Below, one piece after another: positions 1 through 10,294 of a stretch of 64,000 nt of DNA. Below the pieces are notes generated by a model. The model did no database searches. It was not told the DNA's origin and saw only the letters and a program-made list of their open reading frames with translations. The stretch spans positions 224,001 to 288,000 of IMG/VR virus record IMGVR_UViG_3300007171_000004; one strand, given 5' to 3'. Both the position numbers and the translations under genes were made by a program. Each line of letters starts with the position of its first letter. The stretch's first letter is position 1. This DNA comes from a virus (Duplodnaviria > Caudoviricetes).

Positions 1-387
1 CCAATAAAATAATTCTTAAATTCTCCACTTCCACCGTATCTGGACACTTTTCTTAGATTTCTTGGCTGCCAATTAGAAAGTACATTACAAAAAATCTTCA
101 TATATTCAATCGAAAAATCATCATAAGAGTCATATAGATAATAATATTGATTGTACCATTCTTGAATATGTAAATTTGGTGGATAAATAGCACAAATCTT
201 ATTATAATACAAATCAATTGCTCTTTGATTATTTGTTTCAAGGGCTTTTTGATATCTTATAATTGCATCTTCTAACTGTGTCTGATATTCTTTAGACTTC
301 TTATCAACTTTGGGTGTTACTACTGACATAATTTTTTAATTTCAAATCTTTCGATCTGAAACTATTTTGCCATAATTATTTAAAAAG

Positions 388-2181
388 TCAAGCTGTTTTA
401 GATGGTTTGATGTCTTCTATGATAAGAGATATGTTTTTCCTACCATAAAATGAATCTTCAGACAATGTAAAAGCGACATCATAGAAATTTCCCTCAATAA
501 ATGTATCAAATAAATATCCTTTGCGCCACCCATTTGCATCAATAGTATTAGTTGATGATTTACTTGAGAATTTTAATTTAAGATGTTTATCATTTGACAT
601 AGTGCTTTTCTTGACTAACTTAAGATTAGAAATTGAAAATACAGGATTTAAGTTCATGGAGCCAAATGGAGAAAGTTTTGTTAATTCTTCATAAGTAAAA
701 CTAGAAACATCACTGAAACTCATTTTAGAATCAATCAAAATCACTTTATCTTCAAAAGAAACTCCAGGTTGATTTTTAGCATACTCATCTAAAGCTTTTT
801 GAAGTGGCTTTAAATTATCTTTATGTAACTCAAATCCTGCAGCAAAAGCATGACCTCCGCAAACAGTAGAACCATCAGCACGTTTCTTAAATAACGCCCA
901 AGCCTTTTCAGATTTTAGAGCATCAAGAATATTAAAATCCCTTACTGAACGACAAGAACCTTTTGCATATCCATCATCTTTTATCGTGCAGCATAAAGTT
1001 GGCTTGTTAAATTTTTCAGCAATCTTTCCAGCAATCAACCCAATTAAACCAGCATGCCAAGATTTAGACCAAACAACAAGAATATTCGTATTATCTAAAT
1101 CGTAATTATTCAATACAAAATTAATAGCATCTTCTGTAGCTTTTTCCTGATCAGTTTGTCGTTTCTTATTAGCATGGTCAAGTTGAGTAGCCAAGAAATT
1201 TGCTCTAACTTCATTCTTTTCCAATAATAAATCTAAAGCTGTTCCAGAATCCGCAAGTCTTCCTATAGCATTAATTCTTGGACCAATTTGAAAGCCAATA
1301 GTAGTTGTATTTACTTCTTTAGCACCAGCAACTTTTAATAAGGCTTTAACACCGGGCTTATTAGAATTTGAAAGTTTATCGCAGCCTAGATGAACTAAGA
1401 TTCTATTCTCGTCAATCATAGGAGCAACATCAGCAACAGTACCTAGAGCAACATATTCAATATTCTCCTCTACCATAGTTTTGATTGAAAATTTCCTAGA
1501 ATGCGCAAGGGCTAACATTACCTTAAAAGCAATGCCAACACCAGCTAAAGCATCAAAAGGATATCGCTTAAAGTCTTTGTTAGATTCATTAGAAAAAATA
1601 TGCCCAGGATAATGTGGATCATCTCTATTTGGATTAATGACAGCCAAACTACAAGGCAAGCTTCCATCTTCCGAGGGGTGGTGGTGATCTGTGATAATCA
1701 AATCTAGACCCTTTTGTTTCGCATATTCAGCAGTTTCAAAAGCAACAATCCCACAGTCAACAGATAGCATTAGGGTAGCATTACGTTTTATTGCTTCATC
1801 TACAGAATGCATTTTAATATCGTAACCATCTTCCATTCTGTGTGGAACTTTGTATTCGATGTTAGCACCAAGAAGATTTAGAGATGTGACAATAACAGCA
1901 GTCGCAGTAACGCCATCAACATCATAATCACCCCAGACAAAAATCTTTTCATTATTATCAATTGCTCTATTTAATCTATCAACTGCAATTCTGATGTCAG
2001 GCAAAAGAAAAGGATTGTGCATTTTTTTAATATTGACATCGAAATATTCATGAGCATCTTCTGGAGTATGAATATTTCTAGATGCCATGATGTTAGCTAC
2101 AGGCAAAGGAATCTCAAGTTCATCAGCCAAATTTGAGGCTATTTCTTTATCAAAATCAATATATTTCCAAACAGTATTCAT
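388..2181 (-). CDS. recJ: Single-stranded DNA 5'-3' exonuclease RecJ (DHH/DHHA1)
   Basis: GDYDVDG, SVDCGI, TDHH, GTVADV, PRINAIGR, GSCRS and GGHAFAAG motifs in RecJ order. Confidence 0.95.
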   Translation of the reverse strand: MNTVWKYIDFDKEIASNLADELEIPLPVANIMASRNIHTPEDAHEYFDVNIKKMHNPFLLPDIRIAVDRLNRAIDNNEKIFVWGDYDVDGVTATAVIVTSLNLLGANIEYKVPHRMEDGYDIKMHSVDEAIKRNATLMLSVDCGIVAFETAEYAKQKGLDLIITDHHHPSEDGSLPCSLAVINPNRDDPHYPGHIFSNESNKDFKRYPFDALAGVGIAFKVMLALAHSRKFSIKTMVEENIEYVALGTVADVAPMIDENRILVHLGCDKLSNSNKPGVKALLKVAGAKEVNTTTIGFQIGPRINAIGRLADSGTALDLLLEKNEVRANFLATQLDHANKKRQTDQEKATEDAINFVLNNYDLDNTNILVVWSKSWHAGLIGLIAGKIAEKFNKPTLCCTIKDDGYAKGSCRSVRDFNILDALKSEKAWALFKKRADGSTVCGGHAFAAGFELHKDNLKPLQKALDEYAKNQPGVSFEDKVILIDSKMSFSDVSSFTYEELTKLSPFGSMNLNPVFSISNLKLVKKSTMSNDKHLKLKFSSKSSTNTIDANGWRKGYLFDTFIEGNFYDVAFTLSEDSFYGRKNISLIIEDIKPSKTA

Positions 2182-2202
2182 ATCTTTATTCCTAAACCTA
2201 AA

Positions 2203-2952
2203 CTATGTAATTTTAACCTTTTTGTGGCCTTTTTCTAAACTATCAATTATCAAATTTTCAAGAAAGTCGCACCCATATTCAAGAGCAAATTCATCTGGAT
2301 CAAGATTCTCTGGTAGCAGTATATTGCAGTAATTCATTTTATGCTCTTCAATTTTCTTGATTTGTTTTTCAGAAGACATTATTCCAGCTTGATCAGAATC
2401 TAGCATTAATACTATATTTCTTGTGTAACGATAAATAAGAGCTAAATGAACTTCTGATAAATTTGTTCCACAGACAGCAACTACATTGTCAATACCTAAA
2501 GATGAAAGAATAATAGCGTCAAAATATCCTTCGACAACTACAACGTAATTTTTATTCTTTATTGAAGTTTTAGCATTATTAAGATTATATAGATGGTTTG
2601 ATTTAGAATAAGACTCATTTATCCATTTGCCTTTAAGCCATTTATTAACTCTATCTTCTTTCTTTTTTGGAGATAAATAAGGATCATTCCAAATTTCAGA
2701 AATCATGGCTTCTTTAAGTGGGTCAAAATGTCTTCCAGCAAAAGCTACATGTCTGTTGTGACAATCTTTGATAGATAAAACAATTCGACCCTTAATAAGA
2801 GGAAACCAGTGTTCATCCTGAGGATTGCATACACCAAGGTTAAACTTATGGAATAATTCTTTTTTTATTCCCCTAGATATTAAGTATTCAATAGCTTCTT
2901 TATTCATATCAAGATTGCTAGCAAATAGTTTATATTTATCTAAAATTTCCAT
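2203..2952 (-). CDS. dnaG: DNA primase catalytic (TOPRIM) domain lacking the N-terminal zinc-binding domain
   Basis: VAFAGR, HLYNL, VVEGYFD, VAVCGT, LMLDSDQAG and LDPDE motifs; no CHC2 zinc finger in this ORF. Confidence 0.9.
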   Translation of the reverse strand: MEILDKYKLFASNLDMNKEAIEYLISRGIKKELFHKFNLGVCNPQDEHWFPLIKGRIVLSIKDCHNRHVAFAGRHFDPLKEAMISEIWNDPYLSPKKKEDRVNKWLKGKWINESYSKSNHLYNLNNAKTSIKNKNYVVVVEGYFDAIILSSLGIDNVVAVCGTNLSEVHLALIYRYTRNIVLMLDSDQAGIMSSEKQIKKIEEHKMNYCNILLPENLDPDEFALEYGCDFLENLIIDSLEKGHKKVKIT

Positions 2953-2991
2953 CTATATAAATAGAAAATGCTCTCTTTCGAGAGCATCATC

Positions 2992-4158
2992 TTACTCCTC
3001 AGTCTGCTCTTCTTGCTCTGTAGGCCCTTCAAGCACGTCAGTAACAAGCTTTGCATAATTTGCCCCAGAGATTTTAATCCTACCACAAATGTACTCGAAT
3101 ACGGTAGCAGAATTATCGTTTCTCGTCTTATTAGACGGGGCTGGTTGGTCCATCAAAGCTTCTAGGAATTCATACTTATCCTTAGATTCAATTACTTCTC
3201 CTGTATCAGGATGAACATAACTGAACTTCTTTCTGACTTCTTTGATATATTCGAAGCCCTTAGACTTTGCCTTGAAAATAAATTCATCAATAAGATTTGG
3301 TGCTTCATCATCTCCAAAGAGAATTCTAAACTCACAAGAGACTCCAGGTTGAGAGTATCGAGCTTTCTCTACTCTACAAACAGATTTGCCACCAATTACT
3401 TCATCGACTCCATTTTCATCTTTACGAGTCACCTTACCAGCAGCTCCGTTAATTTTATTAATCCAGAGTCTTGCACTAGTGAAGTAACTCATAGCATTTC
3501 CACCAGAGGCTTGCTTTACCATAGAACCTGGCATTGCTCCTGAACCCATATAGAGTTGATTGATAATAATTGCCAAAGTATCAGTGGCATTACATTCTGC
3601 AACAAGTTTTTGGACAAAACGCTTTGTAAATCTTGCATGAGCTCCAATGGTAGCCACATCTTCAAGTGACTTATCATGTTCTACCGAAGGAATCATAGCT
3701 GTAATTGAGTCAATTACAATTACTCCTGCTTGACCACTATGAGCAATTTCAAGAGCAAGTTCACCATATAATTCAGCAGTTGCAACATTTTCAATCAGCA
3801 ATAAAGATTCAGTATCTACTCCGCACATTTTTGCTCTACGTGCCAAATATGAACCTTCTACATTTATAAAAACACATTGTTTTCCAAGCTTTTGTGCTTC
3901 TGCAATCACCTTATATGCTAACCAAGTTTTACCTGATTGAGTTTCTCCAGCAAATTCAACCACAATACCCTCAGGTAATCCCATTCCAGGAGCTAGAATT
4001 GCATCAATTTCAGGCACTCCTGTTGGAATATAATTTGGTTCAACTGTTTCACCGCTTGAGAGAGCCTTTTCATTAATCTTAAGAGCCTTCATTTTAGAAG
4101 CAATAAGATTCCTCAGGTCTTTGCCATTTGAATTATTATCTAATTTTACTTTTTCCAT
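2992..4158 (-). CDS. recA: RecA/UvsX-like recombinase
   Basis: IPTG..ID.IL..G.GLP.G, Walker A GETQSGKT, VIVIDSITAMIP, IIINQ, GGNAMSYFTSARL. Confidence 0.92.
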   Translation of the reverse strand: MEKVKLDNNSNGKDLRNLIASKMKALKINEKALSSGETVEPNYIPTGVPEIDAILAPGMGLPEGIVVEFAGETQSGKTWLAYKVIAEAQKLGKQCVFINVEGSYLARRAKMCGVDTESLLLIENVATAELYGELALEIAHSGQAGVIVIDSITAMIPSVEHDKSLEDVATIGAHARFTKRFVQKLVAECNATDTLAIIINQLYMGSGAMPGSMVKQASGGNAMSYFTSARLWINKINGAAGKVTRKDENGVDEVIGGKSVCRVEKARYSQPGVSCEFRILFGDDEAPNLIDEFIFKAKSKGFEYIKEVRKKFSYVHPDTGEVIESKDKYEFLEALMDQPAPSNKTRNDNSATVFEYICGRIKISGANYAKLVTDVLEGPTEQEEQTEE

Positions 4159-4171
4159 AATGTTTAAATCA

Positions 4172-4195
4172 AATTAGCCCCCTAAGGGGCTAATT
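4172..4195. terminator. Hairpin between ssb and recA (terminator or RNA processing site)
   Basis: AATTAGCCCC-CTAA-GGGGCTAATT perfect 10-bp inverted repeat; weak U-tract. Confidence 0.45.
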
Positions 4196-4196
4196 C

Positions 4197-5147
4197 TTAA
4201 TCCCACTCCATCCCTTCGTCAGAAATAGAATCAGTTTCCTCAACAGGTTGAGGCTTAGGCTTTGCCACTGGTTTCTCAACAACAACTTCTTCGACAACCT
4301 TAGTTGGCTTAGATGCTTCTGAGTTATAAGGCTCACGAACTGGAGCAGGTTCAGTCATGACAGGTGTAAACTTAAACATCTTGTCAAGTTGATATCCCCA
4401 TGCGAAATGCTCTTGCCACTCAGGAAGATAGGTGTTATGAGCACGATACTTATTGTACTCTGAACGGCGTTGAGCAACATCATCATCTGAAAGATTTGAA
4501 GCAGCCATCTTAAGTTCAGCCAGCATTTCCTGAGTAAGAGTCAAGTCCTTAGAATCAGCACTAACACTATATTCAATAGATTTTGGTCCAGTAAGACCTG
4601 TCTTACGAGCAGTGATGCGGAAGCATGGAGCACTATGACCACCTGCAAGGGTAGAAAAGTCTTCACGCTCATCCTCATCAAGTTCCATAGATTCATCATA
4701 ACGATTTACTTCCCACTCTGCAATTGGGCGAAAAACGCTCTTACCCTTAGTAAGGATTGCAAGTTCCCAAGTGCCATCTTCATTTCGGACGAAGCAGTTT
4801 TGTGCATACTTTTGAACGCCAACATATCCAAGCTTCTTCCATGGACACTGATTTGGGTCAGCGTGACCAATGCGAGTGATGCGATTGTTGAATTCAGCAT
4901 CTGGAAATGGAGCTAGAACAGTCTTGCCCTTCTCGGAGCCATCATACTTATATGAACCGTACTCTACGAAAGAATATGGAAGGCCTACGAGGCGAACCTT
5001 ATGAGTAATCTTAGACTCAGAGGTCTTTGAAAGTGAGAAGTTTACGAACGTGGCCTTCTTGTAAGTACCACCATTTGACGAGTTGTTGTACGTTTGTTGA
5101 GTGCGCTCTCCGATGATGTCTCGGGCAGAGCTGAAAGTATACGACAT
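4197..5147 (-). CDS. Putative single-stranded DNA-binding protein (T4 gp32-like)
   Basis: Lies between recA and dnaE; KVRLV and aromatic-rich core, Pro/Lys linker, acidic C-terminal tail EETDSISDEGMEWD. Confidence 0.6.
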   Translation of the reverse strand: MSYTFSSARDIIGERTQQTYNNSSNGGTYKKATFVNFSLSKTSESKITHKVRLVGLPYSFVEYGSYKYDGSEKGKTVLAPFPDAEFNNRITRIGHADPNQCPWKKLGYVGVQKYAQNCFVRNEDGTWELAILTKGKSVFRPIAEWEVNRYDESMELDEDEREDFSTLAGGHSAPCFRITARKTGLTGPKSIEYSVSADSKDLTLTQEMLAELKMAASNLSDDDVAQRRSEYNKYRAHNTYLPEWQEHFAWGYQLDKMFKFTPVMTEPAPVREPYNSEASKPTKVVEEVVVEKPVAKPKPQPVEETDSISDEGMEWD

Positions 5148-5226
5148 AATTTATTTTTCTCCTAATAATAAAAGCTAGGCTTTTTCACTAACGACTAATA
5201 ATACCACACTAATCAGAGACTGCAAG

Positions 5227-5967
5227 TTATTTTGAGTTATAATTGAAACTATTTATTCTCACTTCTCTACTAGGTGTTTTTGGAACATCAATTGACCTTG
5301 TTGAAGGGTCATAAGAAATGCTCGCACCTTCACTATACATGCCATTATTAATCTTTGCAATAGCTAATCTCTCTCGATATAACCGTTCCATTTGTAGTGA
5401 ATTAAATTCAATTGTTTTAACGGTGTAATCTAAAAATGTAGCTACTCTTTTTGCTTGGGCGATAGCAATGCTAAGTCTGTTTGTGTAAAAAGTACCAACA
5501 GCATCTTTATCATGCTTTGCGCCTTCTGCTAATTTGACAGTCATCTCTTTAATATTTTTTTGAGCGTTTGTCAAAATCTCTGTATGAGCATTAACGATAT
5601 CTACGAATGCTCTAATTCTATTTCTATATCTAACAAAGTTTGCATAAGTTACATAAATAGAATCCAAATTGTAATTATCTTGATGAGGTAAATCTAATTC
5701 CCAAGAATTGATTTCTTTGCGAATCTGCCCTTCATCAAAGCTAGGAAGCATTTTAATTGCATCAAACCAAGCTTGACATTCTTCCTTAAAATCTTCGACA
5801 GTAATTCCTCTAAGCTTATTACCAATTTCTTTTGAAAAATCCAGAGCAGAATAGTCGATAGTGGGCATATTTTCAGCCCACTCAAATTCAACTCCCTTTA
5901 AGATATCTTTTTTTGATAATAATTCTTGTTCAAAGTCGTTATCTAAATCGTTTTCAAAATCTTCCAT
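5227..5967 (-). CDS. Hypothetical helical protein
   Basis: 246-aa ORF tightly packed in the replication operon; no recognised motif. Confidence 0.8.
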   Translation of the reverse strand: MEDFENDLDNDFEQELLSKKDILKGVEFEWAENMPTIDYSALDFSKEIGNKLRGITVEDFKEECQAWFDAIKMLPSFDEGQIRKEINSWELDLPHQDNYNLDSIYVTYANFVRYRNRIRAFVDIVNAHTEILTNAQKNIKEMTVKLAEGAKHDKDAVGTFYTNRLSIAIAQAKRVATFLDYTVKTIEFNSLQMERLYRERLAIAKINNGMYSEGASISYDPSTRSIDVPKTPSREVRINSFNYNSK

Positions 5968-5975
5968 AATTTACC

Positions 5976-8900
5976 TCAATCAAATAAATCATCATCAAAA
6001 AGCTTAGAGGATGAATTCAGTTTTCTTTCAACTGGTTTCGATTGTCTTATAATCTTACCATCAGTTTTATCAGTTAGAATTTCCGGTGCTGCAGAAATAA
6101 ATTTCCTTTTAGCATCTCTTAATTTTTGCTTTTCTAATTCATTTCTTTTTTCAACAACATTATCCCAGAATTCTAAGAAACTATCTATATCATAAAACTT
6201 CTGGCCTTGCAACAAACAATCTAAAGCACCATTCTCCGCAAGTGCCTTAACCATTCCACGATTTGGTCGAGCTCTTGCAGCAAAATCTTCTAAATTGTCA
6301 AATGGTTGCAACTTAATAAGATCATCAACTCTTGTTCCAACACCCTTAATTGAAGTTAATGGAAGCATAATATCTCCCTTTGTATTAACTAATGTTGTTG
6401 TTCCAGATTCATTGATAGAAGGTTTAGAAATTTGAATGCCATCTAATGCACATTCTCTCCTATAAATAGCAAGCTTGTCCTCATCATCCTTTTCCACATG
6501 TATTGCTGAAGCCATCCATTCGTTAGGGTAATAGAGTCTAAGCCAAGCATTCCAGTAAGACAGAATAGCGTATGTGCAAGCATGGGATTTGTTAAAAGCA
6601 TAGCCCCCAAACTTTTCCATAAGAGACAAAACTTCATCTACAGCCTTCTCAGGTATTTCTCTTTGAATAGCTTTTGTTCTAAATAAATTACATGCATCAT
6701 CAAAATCTTTCCCTGACTTCTTAGAAATTGCTTTACGTAGTTTGTCCACCTCTAGCCAATTGAAACCAGCCATATCTCTTGCCATTTCCATTGCTTGTTC
6801 CTGGTAAACCATAATTCCATACGTTACAGATAAATGTTTTTCAATAATAGGATGAGCATATTTAATTTCATGAGGTCTAGATTTTCCTTGAGCATAAACA
6901 GGAATATAATCTTTAGGACCTGGGCGAAATAGAGCAACAACAGCAATAAGGTCATTCGTACAAGTAGGGTTGATTATTTTTAACGATTCTTGCATACCTT
7001 TAGAAGCACATTGGAATACTGATGAAGTTTTACCTTTAGCATAAATATTCTTAAAAACCATTGGATCTTCAAGAGGTATTTCATTTAAAGTAAGTTTTTT
7101 CCCATGACGTTCTTCTATCAATTTAAATGCATAATCAATCTGTCTTAAATTTGCCAAGCCAAGATAATCATATTTAACTAGACCAACTCTTTCGCAATGC
7201 TTCCACTCTAATGCAGAACAAATTGTGCCTTTAGAGTTTTCAATAGGAGTAGATTCAGAAATTCTATTCTTAGATATCAATACACCAGCAGCATGAATTC
7301 CAAAATTACTAATAGTGCCAACAAGTTCTTTAGCAGTATCAATTTCTTCTCGCCACACACTGTAATAATATTTAAACTCTGGTGATTCTAAAAGAGCTGA
7401 ATCAATGGTAGTATCGGGCATTTTAGGAATTGTGGCAGTAATTTTTAAAGCTTCTTGATGAACATTTGATCCATACTTGTTATTGAATCTTTCAGAAGTT
7501 TTTAAAGCACTTAATACAGCAGCTTTTGCCTTATAAGTACCCCAAGTTCCAATTTGAGCTACATTTTCCTCACCAAATCTATTCTTAGCCCAGTTAATAA
7601 TCCTATCTCTTTTAGAATCATCAACATCAGTATCTACATCGGGTAGTGGAGCAACTTTGGCGATTTTTAGATCTGCCTCAGGAGCTTGATTTGAAATACC
7701 AGAAGCAAGAGCCACCCATGATTGTGCAATATTGTCTTTAACTTCAATATTGTTATCTATCATCTCGCACATATAAGAAGATAAACCTTGATTCTCTAAA
7801 ACCCATAATTCTTTAGCAATTTCAGGCCCTTTATGTGCAAATTCTGGATGATCAAGAAGCCATTGATCAGTCATCTTTTTAAGTCGCAATGAGGCTAAAG
7901 ATTGATCAGCAATACCATGGTTCTTGATATATTCTTTAGATGAATACTCTTTAAAATCAATTTCATATTGTGTGCCACGACCAGGGTTAAGAAATCTTTC
8001 AAACAATAATCCCCATTTAATCGGGTCCACAGGGCAAACTTCTAGGCAAAAATTCACTAATGATCCAACACCAGATCCACGAATACCAAAAAGAATCTCA
8101 TCACCCTTCATAAATTCAACAAGTTCACGTTGAATTAAAAAGTAATCAGTTACACCCATATGCCAGATTTGCTTTAGTTCATATTTTAATCTATCTCTGT
8201 AAGTTGAATTCTTATCAAGCCCAGCACGTTTTAGCCCAGCAAGAGAAAGATATGCTAAATAAGCTTCATTGTCTTTGTGGTACGGAAGATTCTTAGCCTT
8301 AAAATTATTAAAAGCTTCGTTATTTTTAGGAATAATTGCTGAAGGAAGAAGATGAGGAACATCAATTTTAAAATAATCCTCAATAGAATCAGCTAAGTCC
8401 AATGTGTTATAAAGAGCTTCTGGTTTCTTATTGAAAATCATCATCATTTCATCAAAAGATTTTAAGAAGAATTGACGACTTCCATAGGCTTCTTTCTTAC
8501 CATTCTTTTTAGCTACACCAGAAGAAGCTTCACGAAGGTCTCTCATTTGGATCAAGATATCGTGAAGTTTCCAATCCTTAGCTTCTAAATAGTGAACATC
8601 ATTTGAAGCAACATACTTGACGTTATATTTATCCGCAAGTCTTATGAGTTTTGGGAGATTAGATTTCTGTTCTTCTATTTTATGATACTGAAGTTCTACA
8701 AAGTATCTATCGCCATATAGATTTTTGAATTTACTAACTACATTGTTTGCTTCTTCATCATCTTCTTTAATTAGAGCTTGAGATAGTTCACTAGCAAGAC
8801 AGCCAGATAAAGCAATTACGCCTTCTGAATGCTTTTCAAGAACACTCCAGTCAACTCTTGGAGAATAATAAAATGCATTAGGATCTGCCCCATATTCAGT

Positions 8901-9248
8901 GATTCTAAGGAGATTTTTATATCCAGTTTCATTTTGAGCAAGCAGAGTTAAATGGTTGAGTTTCTGCCTTCTATTGTCTTCAGTTCTGGATTTATCAAAG
9001 CGATCTGGACAAGTGTAAACCTCAATGCCAATGATAGGTTTAATAGTCGGATAATCTACAGAAGTTGTCCTACATCCGTCAACAAAATCACAAACACCAC
9101 CTAATTTGCCATGGTCTGTTATTGCCGTGGCCTTAAAACCCATTTCACGAGCTTTTATTGCATAAGCTTGAGGAGATGGCAAAGCATCTTGAATTGAAAA
9201 GTGAGTATGGGCATGTAAATGAACAAAATCTTGTTTACTGTTACACAT
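5976..9248 (-). CDS. dnaE: DNA polymerase III alpha subunit (PHP + Pol C-family domain) with a ~107-aa insertion
   Basis: FVHLHAHTHFS, AITDHG, GIRGSGVGS, FERFLNP, LPDVDTD, GIHAAGV, KYDYLGL, GIMVYQEQ, GYAFNKSH. Confidence 0.97.
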   Translation of the reverse strand: MCNSKQDFVHLHAHTHFSIQDALPSPQAYAIKAREMGFKATAITDHGKLGGVCDFVDGCRTTSVDYPTIKPIIGIEVYTCPDRFDKSRTEDNRRQKLNHLTLLAQNETGYKNLLRITEYGADPNAFYYSPRVDWSVLEKHSEGVIALSGCLASELSQALIKEDDEEANNVVSKFKNLYGDRYFVELQYHKIEEQKSNLPKLIRLADKYNVKYVASNDVHYLEAKDWKLHDILIQMRDLREASSGVAKKNGKKEAYGSRQFFLKSFDEMMMIFNKKPEALYNTLDLADSIEDYFKIDVPHLLPSAIIPKNNEAFNNFKAKNLPYHKDNEAYLAYLSLAGLKRAGLDKNSTYRDRLKYELKQIWHMGVTDYFLIQRELVEFMKGDEILFGIRGSGVGSLVNFCLEVCPVDPIKWGLLFERFLNPGRGTQYEIDFKEYSSKEYIKNHGIADQSLASLRLKKMTDQWLLDHPEFAHKGPEIAKELWVLENQGLSSYMCEMIDNNIEVKDNIAQSWVALASGISNQAPEADLKIAKVAPLPDVDTDVDDSKRDRIINWAKNRFGEENVAQIGTWGTYKAKAAVLSALKTSERFNNKYGSNVHQEALKITATIPKMPDTTIDSALLESPEFKYYYSVWREEIDTAKELVGTISNFGIHAAGVLISKNRISESTPIENSKGTICSALEWKHCERVGLVKYDYLGLANLRQIDYAFKLIEERHGKKLTLNEIPLEDPMVFKNIYAKGKTSSVFQCASKGMQESLKIINPTCTNDLIAVVALFRPGPKDYIPVYAQGKSRPHEIKYAHPIIEKHLSVTYGIMVYQEQAMEMARDMAGFNWLEVDKLRKAISKKSGKDFDDACNLFRTKAIQREIPEKAVDEVLSLMEKFGGYAFNKSHACTYAILSYWNAWLRLYYPNEWMASAIHVEKDDEDKLAIYRRECALDGIQISKPSINESGTTTLVNTKGDIMLPLTSIKGVGTRVDDLIKLQPFDNLEDFAARARPNRGMVKALAENGALDCLLQGQKFYDIDSFLEFWDNVVEKRNELEKQKLRDAKRKFISAAPEILTDKTDGKIIRQSKPVERKLNSSSKLFDDDLFD

Positions 9249-9309
9249 TATAAATTCCTTAGAGCGCCGTCAAAGACAGTCATACACTCATGATTAGTAT
9301 AGAGATAGT

Positions 9310-10050
9310 TTACTTAATTGTCAAGCTAAAATTTGGATTAAGCTTTTTCAATTCTTTTGGTCTAGTTTTAAGAGGTAAACGATATGCCTCTAAAAATTGA
9401 TAAGAATTTGGCAGTTGAGTAATAAGATTGCTGCCAGATAAATATGTTGCTTTATTTTCTGACCTTAGTGCTTGGTATGCTTCAGAAATAGGCTCAATTT
9501 TAATGTTTTTGAGTACTTTAACATGGGGACAATCTCTTAGTGCATTTCTTACAGTAGATTCAGATTGGCCTGTATTTTCACATAAAGATTTGATACTAAT
9601 AGGCCTCTCATCAACATATCTAGACGCAATAAGGCTGATCATAATATTCTTTACATCTTTAGTATTTTTGTAACCATGAGAATCAAACAGGTTTATAGGA
9701 ATTACAAATGGCTCAGATCTATTAATATTAAATTCAATTTTAAGACAAACTTTTTTCAAAGAAATTATATAAAATAGCTTTCTGTCTTTTTTAGATCTAT
9801 TCCAAAAAACATCTTCGCCTTTTTCGATTAGCTTGTAAATATGAGTAGATTGTAAGCCCAAATAATCTGCAGTTAAACTTTTTAATGTGCTAATATGAAA
9901 TTGGCCAGATGAAATGTCCATATTCCTTAGCATAGTCCATAATAGAAATTGAGATGTTAAATCAATCTTTATGAAATGAGAAACTAATTCAGGATTAAAG
10001 ATTAAATTATCAGTCTTGAATTTTTGACCAGATGTGAGATAGTTTTTCAA
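9310..10050 (-). CDS. Hypothetical protein with possible helix-turn-helix
   Basis: ISIKSLCENTGQSESTVRNAL resembles an HTH; basic protein in the replication operon. Confidence 0.55.
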   Translation of the reverse strand: MKNYLTSGQKFKTDNLIFNPELVSHFIKIDLTSQFLLWTMLRNMDISSGQFHISTLKSLTADYLGLQSTHIYKLIEKGEDVFWNRSKKDRKLFYIISLKKVCLKIEFNINRSEPFVIPINLFDSHGYKNTKDVKNIMISLIASRYVDERPISIKSLCENTGQSESTVRNALRDCPHVKVLKNIKIEPISEAYQALRSENKATYLSGSNLITQLPNSYQFLEAYRLPLKTRPKELKKLNPNFSLTIK

Positions 10051-10294
10051 TTTCTTTTTCTGCTCCCTGACGAACTAAATATGCAATAATTTCTTCTTCA
10101 CTATAATCTTTAAATACACTTGAAAGAAGAGTTTTAGCAAAATGAAATCTATGAGCTGATTTGCCTTTGAGTCTGATATTCATTTCAATATAGTCAGGTG
10201 GATTTTTGTATGCTTCTTTTATCTCATCAATATTTGGCATTTGAATATTATTATCCCATATGTCTTTTTGCATGTTCTTTAACTTTATCTCCAA
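10010..10294 (-). CDS. Small hypothetical protein
   Basis: 94-aa ORF overlapping both neighbours in the operon. Confidence 0.6.
   Translation of the reverse strand: MEIKLKNMQKDIWDNNIQMPNIDEIKEAYKNPPDYIEMNIRLKGKSAHRFHFAKTLLSSVFKDYSEEEIIAYLVRQGAEKEIEKLSHIWSKIQD

Noticed and set aside
7647-7976. DnaE insertion as an intein or intron
   Set aside because: The frame is open, with no C-terminal His-Asn followed by Cys/Ser/Thr and no homing-endonuclease motifs.
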